A stretch of 64,000 nucleotides of DNA from the human T2T-CHM13v2.0 reference genome, Homo sapiens: assembly GCF_009914755.1 (NCBI RefSeq), contig NC_060939.1; one strand, written 5' to 3'. Below, piece by piece: positions 1 to 16,138 of the stretch. Position 1 is the first letter of the stretch. Each line of letters opens with the position of its first letter. The notes under the pieces are model-generated. The model was not told the DNA's origin. It did no database searches and saw only the letters and a list, made by a program, of their open reading frames with translations. Made by a program: the position numbers and the translations under genes.

Positions 1-188
1 AACATGACTATGTTCCCATAAAACTTTTCTATGAACGTTGAACTTTGAATTTCATATATTCACATACCATGAAATATTCTTCTTCTTTTGATTTTTCCAA
101 CCATTTAAAAATATAAAACTATTATTATGTTGTGGGCTATACAGGATCAGGAGGATTTGGCCCATAGGACTTTTTTTTCCAGCCTCTG
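1..188 (+). mobile_element. MER58B-like hAT-Charlie DNA transposon, terminal part
   Basis: tgttcccataaaactt...gaatttcatat...gatttttccaaccatttaaaaa...ggatttggccc...cctctg matches the recalled MER58B terminal half. Confidence 0.75.
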
Positions 189-361
189 GTTTATAATGCA
201 AAAGAAAAACGAAAAAGAAACAACTCAGTGTCCATCAACAGACAAAGAGCTCGATAAATTATGATATATAAACAATAGATATTATACAGTGGAGAAGAAG
301 AATGAAATTCACACATTAGCATGAATGGAACACAAAAAGAAATAAGCCAAAAAAAGACTAC

Positions 362-1080
362 TGTGTTAGTCTAAGTCTTCTAAGAAGCAGACACCAAGAC
401 AGAATTAAATGTGTAAGAGTTTTATTCCGGGGAAATACCTACGGTAAAGAAGGTGGAGCAGGAGCTGCAGAAAGTCTAGAAGAGCCATCAGACTGCAAGT
501 CTGACCCCAGGTGAAAAGGAGGAAGAAAAGTCTGAACATGTCTTAGACGGCCATGCAGCCTAAGAAAGTTTATTCAGGGAGTCCTTGAGCCAAGCTGGTC
601 CACAGCAGGCTTTTTACTTTATGTTTTTTTATTTTTTTATTTTTAGAAATAAACTCTCCCTCTGTCACCCAGGCTAGAGTGCAGTGGCATGATCATAGCT
701 CATGGTAACCTCAAACTCCTGGCTCAAGCTGTCCTTCCACTTCAGCCTCCTGAGTAGCTGGGACTACAGGTGTGCACCACCATTTTTTTTGTAGAGACAG
801 AGTCTCACTATGTTGTCCAGGCTGGTGTCAAACTCCCGGCCACATATGATTCTCGACCCCTGCCTCCTAAAGCGCTGGGATTACAGGCATGAGCCGCTGC
901 ACCCAACCAAGTCTACTTTAGCAGCCTCGCCGCAATGTCACTGCCAGTGAACTGCACGTGGGAGACAGGCACTGACACCCATGGATTTCACAGTTCAGCA
1001 GCTAAGCTTTTGGTCACTTGATCCCTTGCAGAAGGAAGTCTCTGAGGTGCATTCCCATGGCCATTGTAGCCACATAGAGT
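362..1080 (-). mobile_element. Old MaLR (MLT1-type) LTR interrupted by an Alu
   Basis: tgtgttagtctaagtcttctaagaagcagacaccaagacagaatt...tttatt resembles an antisense MLT1 end; right boundary approximate. Confidence 0.5.
623..908 (-). mobile_element. AluJ-type element with central deletion
   Basis: T-rich tail, cccaggctagagtgcagtggcatgatcatagctca, gctgggattacaggcatgagcc. Confidence 0.9.
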
Positions 1081-1658
1081 ATACAACCCACTCATATAAA
1101 GTTCTAAAACAGGCAAAACCAAACACTGTTTTGTTTGTTGATTTACACGTAGATACTGAAACACAAAGATAAGCAAAGGAATGATAAACGTAAACTCAGG
1201 ATGGCGGTTTACTCTGTGGGGGAGGGTGGGGAAGTAATTGAGGAATTTCACACCATGGCTCATCATTAAGGCACTGGAAATATGTACTTAAGCTGGGTGG
1301 AGGGCACATAGGTATATATTGTTTTATTATTCACTAAGCTATACATAGAAATTTTATATGCTTTTTTGTATGCGTGATGTATTGTCTGATAATTTTTATT
1401 GTAAAATATCCTTTGCATATCTAAGGAGTAGGGTGTGTAAATATTCAGTCATGCTACGAGTATAATGGCTATGTGCTTGGATGTTGTAAACTTTCAAGAT
1501 TAGGTATGTAAAGCAACCTAGTTGAAGCTCAACAAATCATAGCTCTTTTCCTCCTTTCCCTCCTGCCAAAGGCTTCAGTACTCTTCTGTATTTCTTCAGG
1601 TTCTTCTAGGAAATGGTTCTTCTGGTTTTACTGAGGAAATCAGTCGACGCAACCTAAT

Positions 1659-1677
1659 GGTCGCCATCCAGTGGGAC
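1659..1677 (-). promoter_or_regulatory. Candidate CTCF motif
   Basis: Reverse complement GTCCCACTGGATGGCGACC fits the CCASYAGRKGGCR core with one mismatch; CpGs retained locally. Confidence 0.45.
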
Positions 1678-2130
1678 GTCAAAAAGCAGCCTCTCCATCT
1701 TTCTCCTTCCTTTCATCATGGTAGATGTGGGCAGAACAGCATGATTCTGCCACCTTCCTGATCACTACTCACAGGTGTAACTGAATTCATTAAGGACAGA
1801 TAGTCCTCCATTGGTAAAATATGTGTGAATCTGACCTGCTCCAATATTAACTTCCTCTAAAATTCAGAAGCATAGTCTGTATTCTCACAGTGCTTTATAT
1901 TCCCAACCAGCTCAACCCATTGTAATTCTAAGAGGCTCTGCATTGGACTAGTTGTTAAGACTCTTGTCCTGAGACAGAAATAAAGAGAAACTTGATACTG
2001 CTGAGGCAGAATTTCCCATTCCTAGTTCATTGTTGTTCATCAGTAATTGAATTTAAATTTTAACAGATTCCATTTTTGCTACTATTGAGATTTTCTTGAT
2101 CTATGGATATATGTTATAGTAAAATATTTC

Positions 2131-2562
<432 letters not shown>

Positions 2563-2948
2563 TGAATGCCGTTAATTTAGTCATGAATGTATCTTCATTT
2601 ACTAGAATGCTGTTCTCAATTTGCTAGTGTAATTTTTTACAATTTTTGTTTATTTTCATAATTCAAGTTGGATTATAATTTTTGTGTAAAGAGAGAGTAG
2701 CTGTGTCAATTCTGTTACTGAGGTTATTTGTATTATAAATGAATAAGGAAATTTTCCATGTATCTTCTTGCTGTTTCTTGTACATTTGAAAGAACCTAAC
2801 CCATAAAACCGCCCATTCATGCCCTCATATCCTTTCCTAAATGTACCTTTTGACATCTCTAGAAATGGGTCCTTACTTATTCTACCTTTCTAGATTTTCC
2901 ATATCTAATGTAAATTTCTGTAGCTACAGTTTCCTCAAAATCAGTTAA

Positions 2949-3311
<363 letters not shown>

Positions 3312-3607
3312 TAATTTATCTCCTCATCAAAAAAAGTTTAAAGAAAAAATTGACTTCATGACAATTTCCATAGTTTATTGTCTTTTAATTGTTCATGTTT
3401 GGCTTAATATTATTCCTTCTTTTTGTTGTCATAAAATTTTATTTGCCTTTATTCTTCACACTCGGATTGAATCTTTGGTCAGTTTCATTCATTTCCCAAT
3501 TCCTATTGTTTACTTTCATTTTTTAATTTGAAATCTATTTCTTTCATCACTGTTTTTATAGTACCTGTGAGTTTGATATGGAGAACTCTCATTTTCACTG
3601 TTTTCTA

Positions 3608-3619
3608 AGATAGATAGAT

Positions 3620-3670
<51 letters not shown>
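3608..3670 (+). repeat. Tetranucleotide STR (AGAT)3 GAT (AGAT)12
   Basis: Read directly from the sequence. Confidence 0.97.
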
Positions 3671-3674
3671 GTGT

Positions 3675-3828
3675 GTTTTTGTTTTGGGTTTTGTTTTTGT
3701 TTTTGTTTTGTAGAGACAGGGCCTCGTTTTGTTGCCAAGGCTGGTCCTGAACTCCTAGGCTCAAGCAATCCTTTCATCTTGGCTTCCCAAAATGCTGGGA
3801 TTACAGGCATGAGCCACAGAGCCCAACC
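3675..3828 (-). mobile_element. FLAM/AluJ monomer
   Basis: (GTTTT)n tail then tagagacagggcctcg...gggattacaggcatgagccac. Confidence 0.85.
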
Positions 3829-4061
3829 TATAATATCTCCAAGATATTTTAAACCACAAGTTTAAGTTGAGGGTTTTTTTTTTTTTTAAGGGGATTTCGC
3901 TCTTTTCCCATGTGATTAAGGTTTAGGATAACAGAAAATGCACATATAATTTCTCCCATTGGAAATGTATTAAGGTTTTCTTTGTGATCTAATTACATCT
4001 CATAGTTGTTCAATGAACTCCTAACAAGGAGTATTCAACTATTTGTAAGATACAAATTTCA

Positions 4062-4677
<616 letters not shown>

Positions 4678-5393
4678 CAGATTCACTATGTTCTTAATTT
4701 TGGCTGCTTAATCTTTCAGAAATGTAGAAAACTATGCTTAAGTCTTTCTCTTCTGGGCTTTAAATTTTTTTCTTCTTGTGTACCTTATATAAAAATCTTT
4801 CACTGTATATGTCAATAACATGTTATGGATTGGATGAATATTCCTGATCATTATGTCTGTAATGTGCCTTGTACTTTTCACAGGAGTAAAATGACCCTTC
4901 CATCACTTTTAATGCTTTTATACTTTTAATTCTTAATGATATATTAATATAGGAGTCTTTTAGTCATGATTTTTGCTTTTTTGTTTGTTGTCTGCACATA
5001 TTAATGAACCCAACATGTTGGTTTCAATCTTACTGGGTGTTTTATTCGTCTTTTCTTTCTTAATAGATGTATCCTTTACAAATAACACATAATAAGATTT
5101 TGTTTGCTGGGGTTTTTTTCCCTATACTAAGGGTAATTTTATTTTACTCCAATATCTTGACCTATTTATGTTTACTGTCATGAATATGTAAAATGTATAA
5201 AATGTTCAATATTATTTATGTTCATCTTATTTCATGCTTTTGGTTTTGGGAGAAATCTTTATTTTTTTTCGTGTTTTCTTATAGTTTCACATCATGTTCT
5301 ATTTATTGTGTCTTCTGCAGTGATATGAAAATTGTCAATTTTAAAAATGTATACTGGTGATTACCCTTGAGTTTTACATTAAGACTTGAAACA

Positions 5394-5617
5394 GGCCGGG
5401 TGTAGCGGCTCATGCCTGTAGTCCCAGCACTTTGAGAGGCCAAGGTGGGTGGATCACTTGAGGTCAGGAGTTTGAGACCAGCCTGGCCAACATGGTGAAA
5501 CCCGGCCTCTACTAAAAATACAAAAATTAGCCAGGTGTGGTGGCAGTCCTCTGTAATCCCAGCTACTTGGGAGGCTGAGGCAGGAGAATCGCTTGAACCC
5601 GGGAGGCAGAAGTTGCA
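5394..5617 (+). mobile_element. AluS, 3'-truncated with no poly(A), TSD-flanked
   Basis: Ends at gaggcagaagttgca; TSD aagacttgaaaca (5381-5393) / aagactcgaaacg (5618-5630). Confidence 0.9.
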
Positions 5618-5984
5618 AAGACTCGAAACGTCTTATAGTTAAGTATTATTTCCTAGTTGATACTTTCCTACTACAGCAACCCTATTTTTTACTTATTTTG
5701 GTTCATTTCTTGGCCATCTTCAGTCTTGTGGATAATATCCCAGAGAAAGGGTTCATGGGTGTTTTACATTCTGGGCCTTTTAGTGTCTCCTAACACCCCT
5801 ACCCACCAAAGAAAAAAGAAAAAAGGTCTCATTGGTGCCTTCACTTATGAATAATTTTGCTAATACAAAATTTAGGGACTCAGATTTTTCTTTCAAAACA
5901 GTAAGTTCAAGAAGACTAGAGTTAGCCTGGATAGAAATAAGTAAACTGCTGTCGTGTTTTCCCTCCCGGATTGGATAACTATAG

Positions 5985-6631
<647 letters not shown>

Positions 6632-8930
6632 TGATTTAACATGAGGAGTTTTCTATTAGTTTTAGCCATAGAAACAATTTCCAACAAAATCTGATGCCCA
6701 AATTATACAGAATTATTTTTTTAAAAAAGATCAAAAATAAGCTGCTGTGGTTGTGGTTGAAGTGGGGCTAAGGAGCCCTTGGCCCCTCCCTAAAACCCCT
6801 TCACCCCCTACCCCAGCCTCTGAGACCCTACCAGGTGGCTCTAAGGTGCTCAGTTTGAAAACCACTGCATTTCTGATTAAATTTTCTGCAGGGTTAACTT
6901 GCTTTTTTACTACTTCTAATGCTGATTTTGTGTCTATGATTTCATTGTTAATACAAAATACTGTTCTGTGTATTAGACTCATTCTTCACTTCCTAAAGTT
7001 GTGTATCTAATTCCTGTATACACCTGTAACTTTAAAAAGCTTAGACTCTACATATAATTAACAACAGAACCAAATACTTCCAGAGAAGTAAGATTTATTA
7101 ACATTTGGAGAAATTTTAATAGCACATTTGGCATTCATTGATGGTATGTCTCCTTGAAAAGCCAGAGTAGTAAAAAAGGAATCTATTTAACAATTTTCTA
7201 TTCATGAAAAGAGGCTAAATGTACATTTTTAAAATAAATTTTGAACTACTAAAAACATCTGTCCAAAGGTGGGAGGATTACAGGATGTAGAATTAGCCCT
7301 GGTAACTACATAAATTAAAAAAGAATGCAATAGGCTAGGTATTTGTTGTTAAGTTTTTGCTTCCAGATCCGTTATCAACCATTTAAAAAGTCATTAAATT
7401 TTAGTTTCCTTAAAAGCTTTCCTTATCAAAATAATCTCCCTTTTCATCAAAGTCTATTGTGTTTTCATCTCCTCCTTGCCTTCCTGAAGTTTATTGAGCT
7501 CAAATTAGATGTTTTCTAAAATTTTCTGCTCTTTCCTATAATAAATTTTTTCCACAGAACACTATTTCTCTGCCTCTCCAGTTTTATGTTTTCTCTCTTC
7601 CACGTTCAATCCTTTGATCGGGGAGAGATCTGTTTTGATATTTGCTCGTAAAAGCATGTGTGGTTTTGCTTTGGTCCCCATGCCTGTCTCTCTGCCTTCT
7701 GTTATAAACCAAATGTCTCTGCCCGTTCCAAGACAACTTTCCCATGATTGCAACTTACTTAACCTACAGAAGGATCTCCAGGTCATCTCTCTGGTCTGAA
7801 GCAGTGTATATTTCCTTGTCAAAAACATTGAATGAAAAACTTAGTCTCCTATTTGTACTAACCCCTGTTTATTCAGTTGCCAAATTCTCATCTCTTCATT
7901 AGCATTATTGGGAATTGTAGCCCAGGAGTAGGTGAAAGAGAGAGATGGAAAGAGGGAGAAAGAAAGGGAGAAAGAAAGAGAGGAAGAGAGAGACTCTATA
8001 ATGGAGAAAGAATTTCCTATGACCTCTTTTTCCCTACATGGCCTTACTTTGTTCCTTGAGGCTTCCTCTAAGTTCTGTAGAGTAGAAATTTCTCCTGGCT
8101 TCCAGTAAGTTATTAAGTAATACTTCTGGCTTCCAACTCTATTGGAAATTTGAATACCTTTCTATATTTTCATAATTATGTCAGTGGGAAGGTGGGAGGG
8201 GTAAATGGGAAGTCTCTAGTATCCTGCCATCATACCACAAACTAGTGTGGTAATTCAAATTCATCAGGCCACTGATCAAACCTGCGATCTTCCCTGAAAT
8301 TTTGGAATGATTGGTAGTATTGAGTCTGAAATTTGTGAACATGTACAAAAGGGAAACGTTCAACCCTAGGCAACCCTTGAAAGTGAAGAAGGCAGTGGAG
8401 GACTTGTGTGTATGCATATGTGTGTGCCCGTGCATATGACGTGGACATGTCCATGTCCATTTATATACATGATGCGGAGATGGTAAAAAAGAAGGCAAGG
8501 GGTGAATAAGTAAGAAATTTAATAACATTTAAAATCGGTTTGTATACTAACTTCTGGAGTGTTCTTTGGGGAAACACTTGAAGGTCATTCATTTTCCTTT
8601 CCTCTGGACTCCAATCTACTTGGTGCATAGAATTGCGAGGTGCTTTGGTGGTGAGCCACTCAGCATCCACTCACCTCTCTCCCATCTTAACGGCACCCAA
8701 TTTTTGTTCAAATCCTCCAGCTCCCTCACAGAGCCCTTGTGCTTTGAGGAACATTGACCTAACACTAGTGCCCCAGGTGAATCCTGATTGGTCTAATCCA
8801 ATCAGGGTCATCCCATCTCCCTACCACAGGGGTTAACCAGGTAATTGGCCTAAGCCAATTAGTGCCAGGCTATCCCCAGCCTCAGCGACTGATCTTCATA
8901 ACCTTGGCGTAGGCCAATGTTTCTTTTAAA

Positions 8931-8957
<27 letters not shown>
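8931..8957 (+). repeat. (AC)13 microsatellite
   Basis: Read directly. Confidence 0.95.
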
Positions 8958-8959
<2 letters not shown>

Positions 8960-8961
<2 letters not shown>

Positions 8962-9625
8962 TAAAGGAAAAGATTGGCAAATTGAGCTTCATTAAATGAA
9001 GACTGTCTATTTATCAAGACACCATTAAGAGAGTGAAAGGCAAGCGACTGAGTGGGAGAAGAGGATTTTCATGCAGCACGTATAAAGAACTCCTACCTAT
9101 CAATCTTTAAAATGAGAGACAACATGTTCAACCCTAGGCAACGGTCTTGAACAGGAACTTCACAAAAGAGCATATCCAAATGGCCAAAATCCATGAAAAG
9201 TTTCTCTACATTATTAGTCATCAGAGAAATACATGTTAAGAACACAATGAGACATCTCTATACATCTGCTAGATCATGTTTAAAAATTTCATGTAACAAT
9301 ACCACTTACAGACAAAGATGTTGGGCAAATGGAACTTTCATAGACACCTGGTAGAAGTAGAAAGTGATACAGCCACTTCAGAAAACTATGCCAGTATGTA
9401 CTAAAGCTACAGGTATGCCTACCCTATGACCCATCAGTTCTATTCCTATACACATATCCAAAGAAATCGCATACATATATACACCAAAATACATTATAAG
9501 AATATTCCTAGTATCATTATTTTAATAGCCAAAATTGGGAACGATCCAAATGTCCATTAATAGTGGAAAAGGCATCTGGGGTGTTGGTAATATTTTATTT
9601 ATTAATCTGGGTAGTGTTTATACAA
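8960..9625 (+). mobile_element. Old L1 (L1ME/MC-type) 3' region
   Basis: gacaccattaagagagtgaaaggcaag, cattattagtcatcagagaaat, ccaaatgtccattaatagtgga typical of the L1 ORF2 end and 3'UTR. Confidence 0.7.
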
Positions 9626-9837
9626 GTACTTGCCCACATTGATCTAAAAAGTGGAAGGATTTCAAACTCAAGTATATCTGACTTCAAAGGCCTGTCAATT
9701 ACAGTATTTTAATAAATGTGAGTATGTAGTGGTGATGAGGTCGACTTTAAAATGTGTATGAATTGAAACATGTTCCAATTACGTCTCCTTTTATCATCCT
9801 TTTGGTGACCAAAATTATACAACCATGACTAAGAAAC

Positions 9838-9856
9838 TACTGCCACCTAGTGGCAC
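9838..9856 (-). promoter_or_regulatory. Strong CTCF motif
   Basis: Reverse complement GTGCCACTAGGTGGCAGTA matches the CTCF core at all high-information positions. Confidence 0.7.
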
Positions 9857-10099
9857 CCTTCCCTAATTGCAGGATAAATTATTGTGAGCGTGACTCAACT
9901 TCAAGCGTGTACAGTCAACTTAAAATAGCATGATGACAACAAAAACTTTCGTTAGATTTCCCCACACCCACCCAATATTTGTTTCTACTTATGGAAAGCA
10001 ATCACTTCTTACTCAGATAGCTTCATCTGAGTAATGTAAACATTTTGTCTTTATCCTATTCTTTTTATATATAAAAATAGTTAAAATGATTACCTGCCA

Positions 10100-10310
10100 A
10101 TCATTGAGCAGTTACTACATGTCAGACATTGCATTAATACCTTTGCATGGATTATGTCATTTAGTTGTCATAACAATTCTCTAAGGAGTCTACTACTATT
10201 ATACCCATTTTAGAGATGAATAGACATAGATATGTTGAAGTTTCCCAAGGTCAACATAGCTAAGTGATCAAGTTGGAATTTTAATCCAGATCTGCAGGAT
10301 TTCAACCCTC
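10100..10310 (-). mobile_element. MIR
   Basis: ttgagcagttactacatgtcagac...cccattttagagatg...cccaaggtcaacatagcta. Confidence 0.75.
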
Positions 10311-13300
10311 TTGCTCTCCTATCTTCCAAGCATCCAAGTTGGATATTTTTTCTTCAAAGTAGGGAATCCAGAAATGTGAGTTCCAGTGCTGGAGGTGACA
10401 AGAACTCACTGTGGACCATAAGCAATTCACTTCACTTGTCAGAGACTCAATTTTCTTATCTGTAAATTAAAAATCTTGCCCAGGTGATCTCTGAGCCTCC
10501 TTCCCACACCATCACCTAATAGCTCCTGATCACAGAAGAAAGGCATTAATCTAAGCCACTGGCAATATGTTTTTGTGGTTTGGTGCAACTATTTTTAGAC
10601 CATCACAGAATAAGAGCTCATTTCATGGAGCCAGTCACAAATTTCCCACAATCTTTGGGGGAAATCCAAGCCTGGGTGATTCTGGTGCTTAATGAGATGA
10701 TGTAATGCAGGAAAATATATAGCTGGAAGAAAATTTTATTGGTGTGAGTAAATGTGCATTTTCAAGTGAATTACAAGACCTTAAGAAGTAAATGTATATG
10801 CCCCAGGGGAGAAATCACCTAAGACTTTAAAACAGAGCATGTAGTGTTCATTTGTAGGCATTCTAAGAACCTTTGCAGATGTGAAGGAAAAGGAAAAATT
10901 GTGCAGAACCTTTAACCCTAGAAAGAAAAACAAATGACCTCAGAAAAATATCTTCAACTAAGTAAATTGAGGATACCCCATGACAGGTGCAACTGTCAGA
11001 TAAAGGGAATTTATAATGCAACATGAGCTAACATATTCATTCAGGAGAGGTGCACTTATGTAAATCTGCTAATGGGAAATCTACAGGATTAGCAACTTTA
11101 AAGAATAATGCATGAAACTAGTCTGGCATTTAAATGATGAAGCATGCACTCTCTAACATGCCTATTTTTTTTAAAAAAAAAAAGGCATGTTGTCTGACGC
11201 AAACACAAGAAGTAGCATTCTGAGTCATGTAAATTTCTTGAAGTTTTTCTAAACTGCCACATACCTATAATACATTTGGCATATACATCCTAGCAAATTC
11301 CAATCCTGTGATGTCCATTTCAGAGTGCACAATTTTGACAGACTGTTAGTGACTGGGAAGTTTGGGGTTTTTTTCCCTTTATTATTTCAATAGCTAACTT
11401 TAAGTAGATATAATAAATAAGGTAAAACATTGCACAATGAGAAAGATGGCCAGAGAGATGCCTTTTTGTCCTGTTTTGCCTGTTTTATCTCTGCAAAGGC
11501 ACTCCTGGTATTTTTCAACCACAAAACAAGAATTTATCAGTGTATAAGCTAAGAATCAATTCAGACAAGTCCATCTTAGGAAATACCACTCACGGATGCT
11601 TTCAAAATCAATAGAGCATTGCAAGGAATCAAGGGCTGCACCATAAACTTGACAGGACTAAGGCAAATAACACATCTCCGCTCTGCAGTTACCACGCTAA
11701 AACAATCTGGCTCACAGCATGCAAATGGCCATTGTGTACACATTTACAGACTAGAACACTGAAGCACAGCAGGACAGCTAAACTGTGCCTGCCTCCAACA
11801 GACCCAACTGTTGATGCCTCCAAATGTGACCTGAGGGCTCCTCTGCAGAATGCTCCTCTGATCATTTCAGTCTTGCTGCTGCTGTTCACACCTAACCCAA
11901 TGGCAAACACCATCTCCAGGTGTCATCTAGCTCCCCATACTGCTATGCCCCTCAATGCTTGCTCTAACTGTAGAGGGTTTATCTCTCCCTTGCTCAACAG
12001 GGATCATAAATCTATGGGAATGCTACAGTAAGGATAGACCTTCAGGATATCTAGCCGTCTCTCTTTACGTCAGTTCAAGTCTACAAACATGTATGCAACT
12101 AGCATAGTGCTTGACACAGAATAGAGTCTCAAAAATTATGTATTGGGTCTATGGATTTGCAAATTGTTTACATTTACAAGATGAGCAAGACCTATCTTCT
12201 GCTTTCAGTTAAGGGGATGGGACATGTTAAGAGTAACTATACTTGAAGAATAAGAAACCACAGCCATTCAGGGAGGCCCATGGAACGAGGTGGCATTTGA
12301 GGTAGACCCTACAGGATGGATGGCAAAGTATAACAGAGAGATAAGAAAATGCTTCCTCTTTCTTTAGAATCTTTCTCTTCTAGTTTCCTTGCATTCTTCT
12401 GAGAATTTCAGCCTCTTTGCTTAAGTTTTATCTCCACTCTCCAAATAGACAGGCTCATAAACAATCCCCACTGAGTGCTTGTGGGTTGGATAGATGAGTG
12501 GACAGATGGATGAAAAGTGCTCCCTGCTTAAGTTTTGCAATAGCTCCCTATTGTCTACCATATTGCATTTAAGCTAATCTTCATTGACCTAATTAACCAA
12601 ACCCTAGTCACAGTTTCATCTTCACTGTGGTCTAGCAAATTTCCTAAACATCTTGCAGAAATCTTTGCTGTACCCCATCTTTTGATTTGCCTACTGAATT
12701 CTTCTGCTGTAAAATGGCCTATTTACTTTTTCAATCTCTTCATCCTCCAAAGTTAAGTTCAAGTTTTGCTTCTTCCAGGAAGTCGTTTTGGCCATAGTAA
12801 TCCACAGGGAGTCCTCCTTTCTCTGAATTTCTGCAGGACTTGCAATGGGTGCCAATCTGTTCCTAAAGCATAATGCCCAGAATCTCCTCTGACTATTTCA
12901 AATGACGTCAGATTGTTCTGTAAGTTATTTCTCTCTTCATGCACAAGAAACATTTTGCGTTTATGATGTATCCTTTCCTAGACTTTGCATAGATCTTGAC
13001 TTACAAACTGCTGAGCAAGGCACAGTGAGGAGGGAGGGAGAGAATGGATGGATTCTGAGCTAGTTTGAAGCCCAGATCCCTCACATACATGTCATTATTT
13101 TCTGAGACACTACTTCCTCATCTGAAAAAAAAAATGAGATCAAGGTCCTTCTATTGCAAACATGGTATGACAATCAAATGAGACAACCTATGTGAATGCA
13201 CTTAATATGGCATTTAGCAAATTTGAGTCATTCAACAAATGACTGAGTCCCTCTTCTATTAGAACTCTAAGATGCGGAGGTGGGTTGCAGGTAAGGCAAA

Positions 13301-13837
13301 ATAGCCTGCTTTCTCCAAGGGTTAATATTACCAAATTCTGAAACTAATTGTCTGGTATTTAAATAATTCTTTTGAAGACAACTGAAAAAGTCAAGCCTTA
13401 AACTTGAAATCTGTTTTGCAAAGTCAGCCCTCATTCTAGAAAAACAAAACAAAAACCCTGTAATCCAGGAGAGAACAGGATGGTGTTCTGTGCAGGCAAT
13501 ATAAATGTGCCACAACTCCACAGAGTCAAGGATTTATCAAAACAATGCAGTTCTCCTACCAGCCAAGTTCCTGACAGCTACATTGTAACTCTATAATTAT
13601 CTATAAAATGCCTGCAGATCATAACGGTGCTTCATTCTTTTCTATGTCAATGGCAGCCTTTCCCTGACATTGGGGCCCTTCTCTTGCCGCAGACATGAGC
13701 AGCCACTCAAAACAATGTGCTCAACTTTGTGGTCCTCAGTCAGAAGAGAACCCACACACATAGTGGCATCTTTCACTGGCCCTGTTTACAAACCCCTGTG
13801 GCAGAAATCTAAACTTGCTTAAGCAAAATAATAATAA

Positions 13838-14150
13838 GGCCGGGCGCGGTGGCTCACACCTGTAATCCTAGAACTTTGGGAGGCTGGGAGGCCGAGGCAG
13901 GTGGGTTTCCCGAGCTCAAGAGTTCGAGACCAGCCTGGGCAACACGGTGAAACCCCTTCTCTAGTAAAATAAAAAAGAAATTAGCTGGGCGTGGTGGCAC
14001 GCACCTGTAATCCCAGCTACTCGGGAGGCTGAGGAATGAGAATTGCTTAAACCCTGGGAGGCAGAGGTTGCAGTGAGCCGAGATCACACCACTGCACTCC
14101 AGCCTGGGCGACAGAGCAATACTCCATCTCTACAAAAATAATAATAATAA
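13838..14150 (+). mobile_element. AluS with small internal duplication
   Basis: Complete dimer, tgggaggctgggaggccgagg; flanked by aaaataataataa. Confidence 0.93.
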
Positions 14151-14514
14151 TAGGTGATGAGAGGGAATTGTTTTTATCCATGCAGTTAGGAAAGGCCAAG
14201 CGGAAAGTTTCCCTGCACTTAGTCCACACTTCCAGATTCTGTTTCTCTCTGTGCACTGATTTTTTTCTCCTTCTATACATGGGCTTCCTCCTAGGACTTC
14301 CTCCAGTTATCCTCTTATTTCTTTTTTTTCCTTTGTAGTCATATTTCTTGAAACCATAGTCTACACAAGACAGCTCCATGTACTCCTCTCTCACTCTCTC
14401 CTCAAACTATCCAGGGCTCCTTTCTGCCCTACTGCTTCATTCTGAATCTGCTCTCATGCCAGCTATCAATAATCTCCTAAGTGTCTGCTTTGGCCATACT
14501 TTGAATCCTACTAG

Positions 14515-14929
<415 letters not shown>

Positions 14930-15374
14930 TAAATTTTATTTGTAATTGACAAATAGTACTTGTAAATATTTACAATGTTTCTGTGTATCATTCTCTCTGG
15001 TCTCTTTCTGGCAGCCCCTTTTCAGGGTCGTTTACTAGCTCCCTTCCTCTACCCATCTCTTAAATGTTGTTATTCCCCAGGGTTCTGAGATAGGAGGTGG
15101 AACTCGACTCAGGGCCACTTGAACTCGAGTTGTTTCTAGTTGTCCTCAGAATAAAGTGTTAAGTTTTCTTATCTGCCCCATGCATGCCTCACCAGCCTCA
15201 TCCTCCTCCCCTGCGGTCTCACGATCTGGCCTCACCAACTCTGTGGAGTTGCTCAAATGTGGATACCCCTCTCCCACCTCTGCACCTTGGCCTGGGCTGT
15301 TTCTCTTTATAAAGTGCTTTCCCCTTTGTTCACCTAGAGGAATCCTACTCATTCTTCCAGGCTCAATTTAGCCA

Positions 15375-16138
<764 letters not shown>

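Noticed and set aside
3608-3676. Resemblance to the D1S1656 repeat structure (TAGA/TGA/TG)
   Set aside because: The flanks do not match what I recall for that locus
11719-11735. ATGCAAAT next to CATTGT as an Oct-Sox composite
   Set aside because: Order and spacing are not the canonical Sox-Oct arrangement
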